Source of the DNA: Candidatus Sumerlaeaceae bacterium
Lineage (GTDB): Bacteria; Sumerlaeota; Sumerlaeia; Sumerlaeales; Sumerlaeaceae
DNA length: 64,000 nt
Direction of reading: 5' to 3'
Assembly: GCA_051003195.1 (NCBI GenBank)
Contig: JBPCLP010000021.1
Coordinates: 64,001-128,000 of the forward strand
Of the stretch, positions 46,311-56,185 are shown piece after piece; positions within the stretch are counted from its first letter, which is position 1, and each line of letters opens with the position of its first letter. The position numbers and the translations under genes are program-made. The notes beneath the pieces are model-generated. The model was not told the origin of the DNA. It did not search any database and saw only the letters and a list, made by a program, of their open reading frames with translations.

Positions 46311-48440
46311 TCAGAGCAGCAGCTCCAACGGGTGGTAGACTTTCATTCCGGTGCCGTCGGTGAGATGTATGCTGCAGACGCTGCTTTCGGTGACAATGGC
46401 GTCAACGCCCGCCGCGGCGAATGCCTGGAACAGCGGCTCCCCGACGGCATTTGAAAGATCCATCCCCAGCGGGCTTGCCTTCATGCCGAAGGTTCCGCCC
46501 ATGCCGCAGCAGGTGCCCGTTTCCACGACCTCGACATCGGCTCCGCGGCGGCGTAGCCATTCCATGGCGGGCTTGCCGGAACTAATCGGGCGCTGATGGC
46601 AGGAAATATGGAATCCGAATTTGCGTCCATCCAGCGACTTCGCATCCGATATAGCACCGTCCTCAAGTTTGACCAGGTACTCGAATATCTCAAACGTTCG
46701 CTTCGCGACCTGCTTTGCTTCCTCGCTGTGTAGTATCTTCGGATACGCAAGCTTCAGGCAATATGCCGCTGTTGGCTCCGTCGCAATAATGTCGTAGCCC
46801 TGCTTAACATACGGCAGCAGGCACTCGACATTGTACTGGGCAATCTTACGCGCGCGCTCCAGATCACCGTACCCGATGAACGGGTAGCCGCTGCTTTTCT
46901 GGGGGGGCAGCACCACTTCGCACCCGCGTTCGCGAAGTCGCTCGACGGCAGCCATTCCCAGTTCCGGCGAGTTGTAGTTGGCAAACAGGTCCACAAAGAA
47001 AGCCACCTTGGGTCCATTCGGACGAGTCGGCGGGGCGGGACGGAAACGCTTTGTGAACGGGCGGCGATTGAATTTTGGAAATGTCCTGCGACGATCCAGG
47101 CCCATTGTCTTTTCCATTAACCAGCGAAACGCGGGGTTCGCCAGTATCCAGTTCGACACTGGTACAGTCGCGCTGCCGAACTTTGAGAATTCCTCTGCCA
47201 GCATGAGAATACGATTTGTAAACGGCGGCGGGTGTTTTTGCCGGTCGCGCTCCTTCACCTCGGCTATCATCATGGGAATGTCGATCGCCGCCGGGCAGAT
47301 CTCTTTGCAGAGTCCACAAGAAATGCAAAGCGGCGCAAAATCGCCGGCGTTCTCGAGACCATGTACCGCCGCGGTCCACGGAATCCCAATTGGGCCCGGA
47401 TAAATATGTCCAAAAGTATGCCCGCCCACCACTCCGTATGTCGGGCAGATGTTCATGCACGCACCGCAGCGGATGCAATTGAGCGCATCGTTAAAAACCG
47501 GGTCGGCACGCATCTCGGTGCGGCCGTTATCCAGGATGATAATGTGCGTTTCACGCGGAGCGCGGCCCTCGCCATTCCCCAGCGGCGACCTTCCCGCCAT
47601 CACCGTTACATACGTGGTGAGCATCTGGCCGACGGCGCTCATCGGGTGCGCGAGCATCATCATGAGCGCCTCTTCCACCGTCGCGACAATCTTCTCCATG
47701 CCCATAATGCAGATGTGCACGTCGGGAATGCTGGAAACGAGACGCGCGTTACCTTCGTTCGTTTCAATTACAATCGCGCCGTTTTCCGCGATGCCGACGT
47801 TCGCGCCCGTCATACCAATGTCGGCATTCAGGAAGATTGGACGCAGATAACGGCGCACGACGCGCATGATTTCGTTCACGTCTGCCGGGACATCCTCGCC
47901 TGTGACCTTCTTGAAAATCTCCGCCACCTGAACAGCCGTCTTATGAACCGCCGGGAACACCAGGTGATATGGTTTTTCGTGCACCTTTTGAATGATCAGC
48001 TCACCGAGGTCGGTCTCAATCACCTCGATCCCGTCCTCCTCCAGCGGTTCGTTCACGTGAATTTCTTCGCTGGTCAGCGACTTCGATTTGGCGATGGTCT
48101 TCGCAGATTTCCGATGGCAGACATCCAGGATGTACTTGATCGCCTCGGGTCCGTCCTTTGCCATGAACACGTTCGCGCCTCGTTCACGCGATTTGGCCGC
48201 GAACTTCTCGACTAGCGCATCCAGGTTTTCGATGGATCGAACCTTCGCCTCGCGCACTTCTTTACGGAAGTGCTCACCATCCGCTCTTGCATCAATCGCG
48301 CGCGCCCTGCTGTCGCGGCCACGTTTCATCGCGGTGTACAGCGCGTCCCGCTTCGGCTTCTCACGCAGCGCCTTGACGATTTTCGCGTTCAGCCGTTCGT
48401 ATCGGCCACCCGGCTCAGGTTCTTCACTCATGTAAGCCAT
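46311..48440 (-). CDS. lutB: LutB-like LUD + 2x[4Fe-4S] + CCG-domain fusion (lactate utilisation type)
   Basis: KSKSLTSEEI, ETDLGE, NEGNAR, CIRCGACMNICP, YPGPIG, CISCGLCKEICP, C-terminal SCHQ...CCGMGG. Confidence 0.85.
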   Translation of the reverse strand: MAYMSEEPEPGGRYERLNAKIVKALREKPKRDALYTAMKRGRDSRARAIDARADGEHFRKEVREAKVRSIENLDALVEKFAAKSRERGANVFMAKDGPEAIKYILDVCHRKSAKTIAKSKSLTSEEIHVNEPLEEDGIEVIETDLGELIIQKVHEKPYHLVFPAVHKTAVQVAEIFKKVTGEDVPADVNEIMRVVRRYLRPIFLNADIGMTGANVGIAENGAIVIETNEGNARLVSSIPDVHICIMGMEKIVATVEEALMMMLAHPMSAVGQMLTTYVTVMAGRSPLGNGEGRAPRETHIIILDNGRTEMRADPVFNDALNCIRCGACMNICPTYGVVGGHTFGHIYPGPIGIPWTAAVHGLENAGDFAPLCISCGLCKEICPAAIDIPMMIAEVKERDRQKHPPPFTNRILMLAEEFSKFGSATVPVSNWILANPAFRWLMEKTMGLDRRRTFPKFNRRPFTKRFRPAPPTRPNGPKVAFFVDLFANYNSPELGMAAVERLRERGCEVVLPPQKSSGYPFIGYGDLERARKIAQYNVECLLPYVKQGYDIIATEPTAAYCLKLAYPKILHSEEAKQVAKRTFEIFEYLVKLEDGAISDAKSLDGRKFGFHISCHQRPISSGKPAMEWLRRRGADVEVVETGTCCGMGGTFGMKASPLGMDLSNAVGEPLFQAFAAAGVDAIVTESSVCSIHLTDGTGMKVYHPLELLL

Positions 48441-49041
48441 TTCCGTTCGTAAACCCTCTGTCGCTAAAAGGCCGCGGATCATTCAGCACAAGGACGTAGG
48501 ACTGTTCCGGTCCATGCACCCCGAGCGTTAGCTTCATTTCGATGTCACCGGAACGGCTTGGACCCGAAATAAACGACACCACGCAATTGGCCGGGTTCTG
48601 CTCAAACTGCCGGCGCACCAGCGGCCCCGCATCCGGGAGTGTGGCAACCAGGTCCTGCGTCCACACGAACGCGATGTGTACGCGGGGCAGCGACGATACA
48701 AGGCGTGTCGCGTCGTTAAGCGCAAACTCCACGATGCTGCCGGTCTCCGCGATCGCGAAATCCGCCCCCGTGATTCCCACCTGGGCTCCGTCAATGCTTG
48801 CCGGCATTTCGTTCGCCGGGTAGGGCGGCACAAGGCATTTGATGCCCGCGGCCTCCAACAGCGCCTGCAGGGCCGATTGCACGACCTTCGGAAGTTTTGC
48901 CAGCGCTACGCACTTCGCATTGTACTGCTTCACGATCGCTACGGCGGCCGCCACCGCCTCGTCCACATTGGCAACCACCTGCACATGCCCGGAAAGGCTT
49001 TCATACTTCTGTTGAAACTCTTGAACGGATTTTATCGTCAC
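48424..49041 (-). CDS. lutC: LutC/YkgG-family LUD-domain protein
   Basis: AIAETGSI, SSLPRVH, ISGPSRSGDIE, GVHGP. Confidence 0.88.
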   Translation of the reverse strand: MTIKSVQEFQQKYESLSGHVQVVANVDEAVAAAVAIVKQYNAKCVALAKLPKVVQSALQALLEAAGIKCLVPPYPANEMPASIDGAQVGITGADFAIAETGSIVEFALNDATRLVSSLPRVHIAFVWTQDLVATLPDAGPLVRRQFEQNPANCVVSFISGPSRSGDIEMKLTLGVHGPEQSYVLVLNDPRPFSDRGFTNGNGLHE

Positions 49042-49175
49042 GACCCTGAAGTTGCCTTCCTTGTGCGTCCAGTGTTCAGGTCTTGAGACGCGTTTCGGTA
49101 CCCAGCCGCACAATAGCGTGGCGCGCAATTCGCACAGGGCAATTCAAAACAGAGCACCCATTCGATCGGGGCTAA

Positions 49176-50168
49176 CTAAGACAAACCGGCCCAGCACGTT
49201 TCCAGTTCGCTCCAGTTGCGCGCCGCCCCCGATCCTGGCATCATCTTGAAATACCAGGGCACGTTTGCGTAGCGATGCAAAAGCATCCAGCCCGCAATGC
49301 GCATGCGAAGATCTCCGTTGATCTCGGCAGTCGTCAGGCCATAGCCGTGCAGAAACGTACGCAGCAGTCGCGCATCTCCACGAGTGAGGAAGGCGGCGAC
49401 CGCCGCAAAGTCGTACTCGCGGCGGCCCACCATTGAAGGTTCGAAATCGATCAGTGCGGAAATGTGCCATTCGCCTTTTAACTGCTGGAGCAGTACGTTG
49501 CCGCCCATTAACTCGGTGTGAAGCAACACACGTGGGGCGCTGGCTTGCAGGGTGGGTAGAAGCGTTTCGAGGTATGCGGGCAATGGTTGAAGCCACTCAT
49601 CACAAAGCCCGAGTATGCGTTGCCGCTGGACGCAGTTAGTCGTCTGCTCAAGTATGAACTGGTTCCAATCGGGATGCAGGTGCAGGGAAAAATCGTCTAC
49701 GGAAAGCGAGTGTAGTGCGCAGGTAATTTCACCTAACTGGCCAAGCACTCGCCGTTTAGCATCCTGGGATAGCTGCGGCCACACGGTGTCCAATGGCTCG
49801 CCGGGGACGCGAGACATGACAAGATAGTGCCAGCCGGGCGCGCAGCCCTCCATCTCGCCCGAATGAAGCAACGCTGGCGTAGCGACAGGCAGTCTGTCGT
49901 GCAGCGCGCGCAGAACTTCTGACTCAGTCGCGAACAACTCACGATTCCACGGCTCGTGTAGCTTAATGACGGCGTCGCCGATTGCGTAAACAATGCAGCT
50001 GCCGCCCAACCGGGTTGCTGTGCCGGTCAGAGCGTGGCTTGCAGCAATGCGCGCAATGACTTCGTCCCATAAGGCGGCATCATCTTTCTGTTGCGCGAAC
50101 TCGCTTGCGTCCGCAGGTAGAGAAAACTGCAAACGAGCAGCGGTATTACTTGGTGGGGGGTGCGTCAT
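49176..50168 (-). CDS. Aminoglycoside phosphotransferase/choline kinase family protein
   Basis: VIKL, YLVMSRVPG, Brenner-like LLHTELMGGN, LIDFE, YDF. Confidence 0.8.
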   Translation of the reverse strand: MTHPPPSNTAARLQFSLPADASEFAQQKDDAALWDEVIARIAASHALTGTATRLGGSCIVYAIGDAVIKLHEPWNRELFATESEVLRALHDRLPVATPALLHSGEMEGCAPGWHYLVMSRVPGEPLDTVWPQLSQDAKRRVLGQLGEITCALHSLSVDDFSLHLHPDWNQFILEQTTNCVQRQRILGLCDEWLQPLPAYLETLLPTLQASAPRVLLHTELMGGNVLLQQLKGEWHISALIDFEPSMVGRREYDFAAVAAFLTRGDARLLRTFLHGYGLTTAEINGDLRMRIAGWMLLHRYANVPWYFKMMPGSGAARNWSELETCWAGLS

Positions 50169-51076
50169 CGGAGATACGCATCATACGCCGCCCGTCCAAT
50201 CTTCGCGATGATCTCCTCCTGCGCCGAGGCCGGCAGCTTTGACCCGCTCATGAGCACCGCGATAGCGAGGTGCCCGCGTTGTCCCGGTAGCGTAATGATA
50301 CCCACGTCATTTATCGCCGAACCATCAGGGCCCGTTCCCGATTTATCCATTGCTTCGATCCCGACGGGTAGTGCGCCGCGCAACCGTTTGATTCCCGTCC
50401 GTGATTTCGTCATCAGTTCGAAAAGGACGCTGCGCACACTGGATGTCAGCACATTACCCCGCTGCATGCCGGCAAGCAGCGCAGCCAGTGCCTTTGCATT
50501 GCCACGGTTGGGGTGCTGCGCGTGCTTTCCCATTTCACGGGTGAATATCCTTATATCGATTCCTTCGAAACCCATCGCGCTCACACGCTTCGTCAATTCC
50601 GCCGGGCCACCCAGCAGCGACATCAGCTTGTCGCTTGCGGTATTGTCGCTCTCTACTAGGGAGTACTCCAGCAACTGCCCTATGGTGACTGCCATCGGCG
50701 CACCGGCCCAGCGCTGCGTGTTTGAAGCGATGCCGGGCGAACGCTCCTCGCGCGTCACAGTCACCGGCTCGTCCAGCCGAAGTCGCTTCTCCTGCACATC
50801 CTTCAACACCACAATGGCAAGCGGCAGCTTGAACACGCTGTAAAGCGGCCGCGCCTCGTCGGCGTTAACCAGCACGGATTGCCCCGACTCCACATGCACC
50901 ACAGCCACTCCCACTCTACCTCGAGCGGATTCTGCAAGCTCGGCCAGTCGCTTCTGTAGTTTTGCCGTGGACGTTTCTCCATCCGTCGCAGCACTGCACC
51001 CAGGGCCCGCCATGATGCACAAGCTCAACAGCGCCACGAAACGCGAAAATCCCGGCCGAAACCGATGTGTGCCCAA
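50165..51076 (-). CDS. Class A beta-lactamase-like serine protein (Glu166 apparently absent)
   Basis: SVFK, SDN and KSG motifs; N-terminal hydrophobic signal ending in PGC. Start is TTG 51076 or ATG 51118. Confidence 0.85.
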   Translation of the reverse strand: MGTHRFRPGFSRFVALLSLCIMAGPGCSAATDGETSTAKLQKRLAELAESARGRVGVAVVHVESGQSVLVNADEARPLYSVFKLPLAIVVLKDVQEKRLRLDEPVTVTREERSPGIASNTQRWAGAPMAVTIGQLLEYSLVESDNTASDKLMSLLGGPAELTKRVSAMGFEGIDIRIFTREMGKHAQHPNRGNAKALAALLAGMQRGNVLTSSVRSVLFELMTKSRTGIKRLRGALPVGIEAMDKSGTGPDGSAINDVGIITLPGQRGHLAIAVLMSGSKLPASAQEEIIAKIGRAAYDAYLR

Positions 51077-51445
51077 TTTTTCTCTTCTCCTTAATCTCGG
51101 ATGCTCATGCTCTGACATTTCCGGTCAACGTTCCCGCCTTCAGCGCGCTTTCGTATTTGCTTGAGCAACAGTCGGACCGGGACCGCCGCGAAGTATCCAG
51201 TTCAAAAGGAGCGCGTGACGAAAACCCATATCATCCTCGCAGCATGCCTGATTGCAGTATTAACCGGTAGGACCGCCTGGCGGCCGACGAAGCGGTAAAG
51301 TCCATGCAATGGTTTACCTCTGTTTAGGCGCTTCTGCGGTAAACGTTCACAACACATAATCCCTGCAATATTTTCTGCCACCGCGGTACTGATAATCAGA
51401 TACGAACATCCAATTCCCATTCTTTGCGAAAGTTGAGATCCTATT

Positions 51446-53167
51446 TTGGTTTCGGCCCCCGCAGCACCACAGAGCCGTAACTTCGCCGACAAAATCAAGA
51501 TGCAGCACAGGTTGTTCAACGAACTGTCTGCAATGTTCGGGCGGGAAGTGCCGCTGTATGACAAATCGCTTCTCGTAAACAGGGTGTGCAACCAGTGCAT
51601 CGCAGCTCTGCTGTCGCAGCTGCACCGCGGCTTTTCGCTTTCAGACGGGCAACTGGACAAGACGAGCGGAGAACGCCACGGAGCCATTCGGATCGGCACG
51701 CGAGAGGAGTATCGATGGGTCGCCGGGTACTTTGCTGCCTTCCAGCTCGAACCGCACAACTTCTACGATATGACGAGCCTCGGTGGCAAGAGTCAGCCGA
51801 TTATTGCGACCGCCTTCCGGTCGCCGCTGAATCCTGAGCATCGTGTATTTTGTTCCCTGTTGATGATCGACAGTTTCGACGCGCAGACCCGACAGCGAGT
51901 GGAGAAATTATTGGCGCAGCGCCAGGTCATCTCCGACCGCGCCAGGGAACTGATCGAAAAAAACGAAAGCGGAGGCGGCCTGAACGAAGCCGACGCGGAA
52001 GAACTGATTCGCGAGGGTACCAACCGTATCTTCAAATGGACAGGCCATGCACATGACTACAAGTTATACAATGAGCTGAGCGACGCCGGATTCAAAATCG
52101 CCGCCGACATTGCGTGCTTTGAATCGCATCATCTTAATCACCTTACACCGAACACCTTCTGCATGGATCTTTACACTTCGGCAATGAAGTTCTGTTTGGG
52201 CGAGCTCGACCCACAAACATTCAAGGCGCGAGCGGTTCAGGCGTTGAACTGGTTGCGGCGCACCGCGGATCGCGATTACATGAAGTTGCACTTCCGGCAT
52301 CTATGCAGCGAGGATATCGAATCGTTCAACCCCGTAGAAGTGTCCGAGGCTGAAGCCCAGGCTATCGCGGAAAAGCTGCTGGCGCGATTGAGCGAAAGCG
52401 ACCTCGACGTGAGCAAACTTAAGCACGCCGGGTTTAAGGATTTTACCGAGGGGCCGGACGTGAACACGCCCATTCTGCTGCGCCAGGATTCCTACAGGGC
52501 GCTTACCGAAGCGGTGACCTTTCATGAGCCGGATGGCTCGACCGTCGAAGCGGTGCACACGGCGCGGTTCGGAGAAATTGAACAACGCTTTTACGCTACC
52601 ACACCGGCTGGCCGTGAGCTATACGATCAATGCCTTGCCGAGGCAGAAACAGAACGCGCAAAAGATCCCTCGCTGGTTAAGCGTGATTACAGCGCTTACC
52701 TTGCAGCGTATGCGCGTGCCTTTGCTCCTTTTTCCGAAACGCTGCCCGAGTTGCTGGAAAGAAAGCTCGTGTTCGGGCGCTATTCGGTGACGCCAAAAGG
52801 ACTACAGAATGCCGGAACCATTTCCAGCACCGACATTACTGAACTGGGGAGGCTGGAATTCGTCCGATACGAGGGTCTTCGCTACGAGGATTTCCTCCCA
52901 TTCAGCGCTGCCGGAATTTTTGCCTCCAATCTAGGCCAGTATGGTACCGATACGCACAATGCTGAGAAACCGGTCTACACTACACATCTGCTGGAAGAGA
53001 TTATGGGCCGTAAAATCATCGACCCGAATGTGACGTACCACGGCCTCCAGTCAGAGTCGCTGCTTGAGGTTTACACCGAGCTCGGCTTAATAGACAAATT
53101 GTCTCCGGGGGCCCGGGCCAAACTGGATGACGCGGTGGCGGCTTTCAAGTTAGTGGTTCAGCCGTAG
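51446..53167 (+). CDS. hglS: DUF1338 2-oxoadipate dioxygenase/decarboxylase (HglS/YdcJ family)
   Basis: EVPLY, ERHGAIR, HLNHLTP, TEGP..ILLRQ, HTARFGEIEQR, YEDFLPFSAAGIF. Confidence 0.85.
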   Translation: MVSAPAAPQSRNFADKIKMQHRLFNELSAMFGREVPLYDKSLLVNRVCNQCIAALLSQLHRGFSLSDGQLDKTSGERHGAIRIGTREEYRWVAGYFAAFQLEPHNFYDMTSLGGKSQPIIATAFRSPLNPEHRVFCSLLMIDSFDAQTRQRVEKLLAQRQVISDRARELIEKNESGGGLNEADAEELIREGTNRIFKWTGHAHDYKLYNELSDAGFKIAADIACFESHHLNHLTPNTFCMDLYTSAMKFCLGELDPQTFKARAVQALNWLRRTADRDYMKLHFRHLCSEDIESFNPVEVSEAEAQAIAEKLLARLSESDLDVSKLKHAGFKDFTEGPDVNTPILLRQDSYRALTEAVTFHEPDGSTVEAVHTARFGEIEQRFYATTPAGRELYDQCLAEAETERAKDPSLVKRDYSAYLAAYARAFAPFSETLPELLERKLVFGRYSVTPKGLQNAGTISSTDITELGRLEFVRYEGLRYEDFLPFSAAGIFASNLGQYGTDTHNAEKPVYTTHLLEEIMGRKIIDPNVTYHGLQSESLLEVYTELGLIDKLSPGARAKLDDAVAAFKLVVQP

Positions 53168-53453
53168 CGAAAATCCAGAATGTTTCCGTAACTTTTCATC
53201 ATCGCTTGGAATCGCTTGACAAAACAAAGTGATTCCTGCCGACTGCTGCGCGAAGGAATGGTAGCATGCAACCCGGGACTTTGAAGCGCCTTCAGTCTTA
53301 GCTGCGGAAGACGCTCTGAAGAGCCGGGAGCCTGGGCTCTGAGCAGCAACCCGTTTCAGCAAAGCTTCACATTGTGTGGAGCAAACTGCCTGCGGCGTAC
53401 TGCAACACTGGCCGTGTTATCCGTTCCTTCTATTATACCTGGGAGGTGTTGGC

Positions 53454-53762
53454 ATGAAACGGATTACCCTGGCGGTAGCAGTCGTGGCGGCGTGCCTTCC
53501 AATCACAGCCAAATCCCGGCACGTTGGAGCAAGGCCCGTCCTCATTTACTCGATGGATAACTGCCCCGCATGTGAAGCGCTGGCGCACACGCTTTCGGGG
53601 TCTGGTATACGCCTTCGTGTGGCGCGGACGGATGAGATGAGTGTCAGCTCGTTCCCGACCGTGCTGTATTCGGACGGGCGGCGGGACTCTGGATCGCGCA
53701 TCCAGAACGGTTTGTGCGAGCTGCCCACGTCAGTGCGAGTGCTGAAGTGGATAGGTGACTAG
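53454..53762 (+). CDS. Small secreted glutaredoxin-like protein (CPAC)
   Basis: GGAGG RBS, signal peptide, IYSMDNCPAC and cis-Pro-type SFPTV. Confidence 0.65.
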   Translation: MKRITLAVAVVAACLPITAKSRHVGARPVLIYSMDNCPACEALAHTLSGSGIRLRVARTDEMSVSSFPTVLYSDGRRDSGSRIQNGLCELPTSVRVLKWIGD

Positions 53763-53965
53763 TGTGCCGAATCAGTAGTTCCTTACCAGACCAAAGGACA
53801 AACTTACCCTCGATTCGGCACACAGAACTGATTACGAAGTAACGGTAGACCACCCCAGCAGCTCAGCGCCGTTGGATCAGGAAACTTCTCGCCATCACTG
53901 AATGCGGTTGAAAAAACGTCGGGAACGCGTAAAGCGTTCCCGATTTTACAGACGCGAGTGCACCA

Positions 53966-55579
53966 TTGACCAACGAGGCGACGAGCACAAGTGATGAACG
54001 GCCTGCGTCGTTAGTTCGGCGTGTCATGCGGTGGCGCACGCTGCTGGTCGTTATGCTGGGTCTCGTGGTCCTGTTCGGTGCGTTTATCCGCGTGAACTCG
54101 GCACGCAAATGGAAGGAACTCGACGGCGATGAGAACCTGTTCGCGCTGACCGCCCGGGAGTTCGCACAAAACACCCGGCTGTACTATCCCGTAAAATACG
54201 AGTTCCGGCCCGAGGTGCCCTACAAAGTTTTTGCCAGCCCGGCGACTCAACATCCCCCGCTGTTTCCGCTGCTGGGAGGCTTGGTCGCAAAGGCGTTGGG
54301 AACCCTTAACACATTCGCGTGCCTCAAGGGCCTGGCCTGTCTCGCCGGAGTCGTGGCGATGCTGCTTGTATGGAGGCTGAGCCGCCGGCTGGGCGGGGAA
54401 ATAGCAGGACTTGTTGGGCTGAGTCTGTGCGCGCTATTTCTAACCATGATCTTTTACTCGGCGAAGGCGAGCGTTTACATGCTGCTCGCCTGCACCAACC
54501 TGGGTATACTGTCCGTGGCCGAGTATCTGCCCGTACTGACCCGCAGGCAATCCGCACTGCTCGGCGCGCTGGCGGCATTCGGGCTGCTGCTGCACAGCTG
54601 CATGTTCGCCACGGTTGCAGCGGTGTTCGTCGTGCTCGTGATCACGTGGAAACATTGGCGCACGCTGCATCTGCCGATTCTCGGTGCAGCTTTTGCGGCG
54701 GTGTTACTGCCTTATCTAGCGTGGAACTATTACCACCTGAAGTCGCCGTTTGCTTCATACTCGACCACGTACTTTCTTATGATCAATCGGCTTACAACAC
54801 CTGGGATCGTCGATGGCAACCTGGTGTACCTCCGCGTGCACAAGCCACTGAATATGATTCTGCCTGAAATGGCGAAAAGCACTTTAAACGCCTCGGTGTT
54901 GTTTTCTTTTCATGTCGCGCGAAACGTCGGGCCGGCCGCGCTTGTGCTGGCAGGCGTGGGGCTTTGGTGGCTTTGGCGACGCAAACGCCTCGTGTGCTAC
55001 TCCGTCGTGCTCATCATTCTCTTCCAGGTCGGCATCTCCTCGATGGTTGGAATCTACCGCGCGAGATTCAGCGTACCGGTACTGCCGGTGCTGTTTGTAC
55101 TCGCGGGCGTTGGAACCGGTGCGCTGGTCTCAGGCCGCTGGTGGTGGCGCATAATCGCAGCAATGCTGGCGGCTGCCGGGGTTTTGCAGTATCTCATGGT
55201 TCTCCACCTCGACCACGATCATTTCTACACCGAAGCAAGTTCCGGGACGCAGGCTGTGTACCAGAAGATGCGTAAATTGAGTGCAAAAATGGCCGCCGAA
55301 CTCCAGCCGGGCGTTATCCTCGGAGCGGCAAAGCTGCTCGACGGCGGACTTGAAACCCACTACTGGCTGGGATGGCCGTATGTGCACGGCCGCGAGATGT
55401 ATGGCCCGCAGTGGACGCCAATGCTCGCCAATGACTTCCACGCGAAGTACGTGTGGTGCGACCGGCACAATGGACGCAAAGTGGCGCGCTGGCTGCCGAA
55501 CTACCGTTCGATAATGATGAACGAGCATTTTGTTATTTTCGCGCGGCGTGACGATCAGGCAACCACCGCAAGCAGATGA
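53966..55579 (+). CDS. GT-C (PMT/ArnT, GT39/GT83-like) membrane glycosyltransferase
   Basis: DGDE after TM1, HPPLFP loop, many TM helices, PYLAWN, RARF. Confidence 0.75.
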   Translation: MTNEATSTSDERPASLVRRVMRWRTLLVVMLGLVVLFGAFIRVNSARKWKELDGDENLFALTAREFAQNTRLYYPVKYEFRPEVPYKVFASPATQHPPLFPLLGGLVAKALGTLNTFACLKGLACLAGVVAMLLVWRLSRRLGGEIAGLVGLSLCALFLTMIFYSAKASVYMLLACTNLGILSVAEYLPVLTRRQSALLGALAAFGLLLHSCMFATVAAVFVVLVITWKHWRTLHLPILGAAFAAVLLPYLAWNYYHLKSPFASYSTTYFLMINRLTTPGIVDGNLVYLRVHKPLNMILPEMAKSTLNASVLFSFHVARNVGPAALVLAGVGLWWLWRRKRLVCYSVVLIILFQVGISSMVGIYRARFSVPVLPVLFVLAGVGTGALVSGRWWWRIIAAMLAAAGVLQYLMVLHLDHDHFYTEASSGTQAVYQKMRKLSAKMAAELQPGVILGAAKLLDGGLETHYWLGWPYVHGREMYGPQWTPMLANDFHAKYVWCDRHNGRKVARWLPNYRSIMMNEHFVIFARRDDQATTASR

Positions 55580-55597
55580 GCGGCCTTCGGGGAATGT

Positions 55598-56185
55598 TTA
55601 TCCGAGGGGTCCGAGGTTGGTGCGGCCGAAGTCGCCGAGAGATATCGTACCGTTAGTGGGTTCGTAGATGCGCGTGGGCGGCACCTGCAGATAATGTCCC
55701 AGCACGTCGTTTTTAAGGTCGGGCCCCAGCGATCCCGCCCACCACCGCACGCCGTGCGTCTCCCAGTACTCGGTGGCGCCTGCGGGATAATTGTTGGGCT
55801 GCGCAGAGATCGTGTCGATGCCGATGTAGGTGAAGTAGCGCCCGCGAATTATGTCGGCGTCCTCCATCGGCCGGAAAATATCGAGCGGAATGGAGCTCAT
55901 ATACGCGACCGGCGTTGTCATGGCCGCGTAGCTGAACGATTCGTTATTCGGATCGAACCCATACAGACCGGTGTCGTAGTTGGGTGGGTAGCGGTTATGG
56001 TCCACCGAATACGCCTCCATCGTAGTGGCGATGGTGCGCAGGTCGGCCTTTGCGCGGGCCACCTTCGCGCGCACCTGCGCCTCCAGCATGTTGGGCAGCG
56101 CCACCAGCGCGAGTATCGCGATAATACCGACAACAATCAGCAGCTCGATGAGCGTAAACGCGGCCCCTGTATCGTGACGGTTCAT
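55598..56185 (-). CDS. GspG-like major (pseudo)pilin, orphan
   Basis: A|FTLIELLIVVGIIAILA; EAQVRAKVARAKADLRTIA...YSVDHNRYP; TTPVAY; SLGPD; YEPTNGTISLGD. Confidence 0.88.
   Translation of the reverse strand: MNRHDTGAAFTLIELLIVVGIIAILALVALPNMLEAQVRAKVARAKADLRTIATTMEAYSVDHNRYPPNYDTGLYGFDPNNESFSYAAMTTPVAYMSSIPLDIFRPMEDADIIRGRYFTYIGIDTISAQPNNYPAGATEYWETHGVRWWAGSLGPDLKNDVLGHYLQVPPTRIYEPTNGTISLGDFGRTNLGPLG

Noticed and set aside
51119..51445. Lysine riboswitch upstream of hglS
   Set aside because: The context is plausible, but I could not identify the conserved aptamer motifs or pairing. An Rfam scan would settle it.
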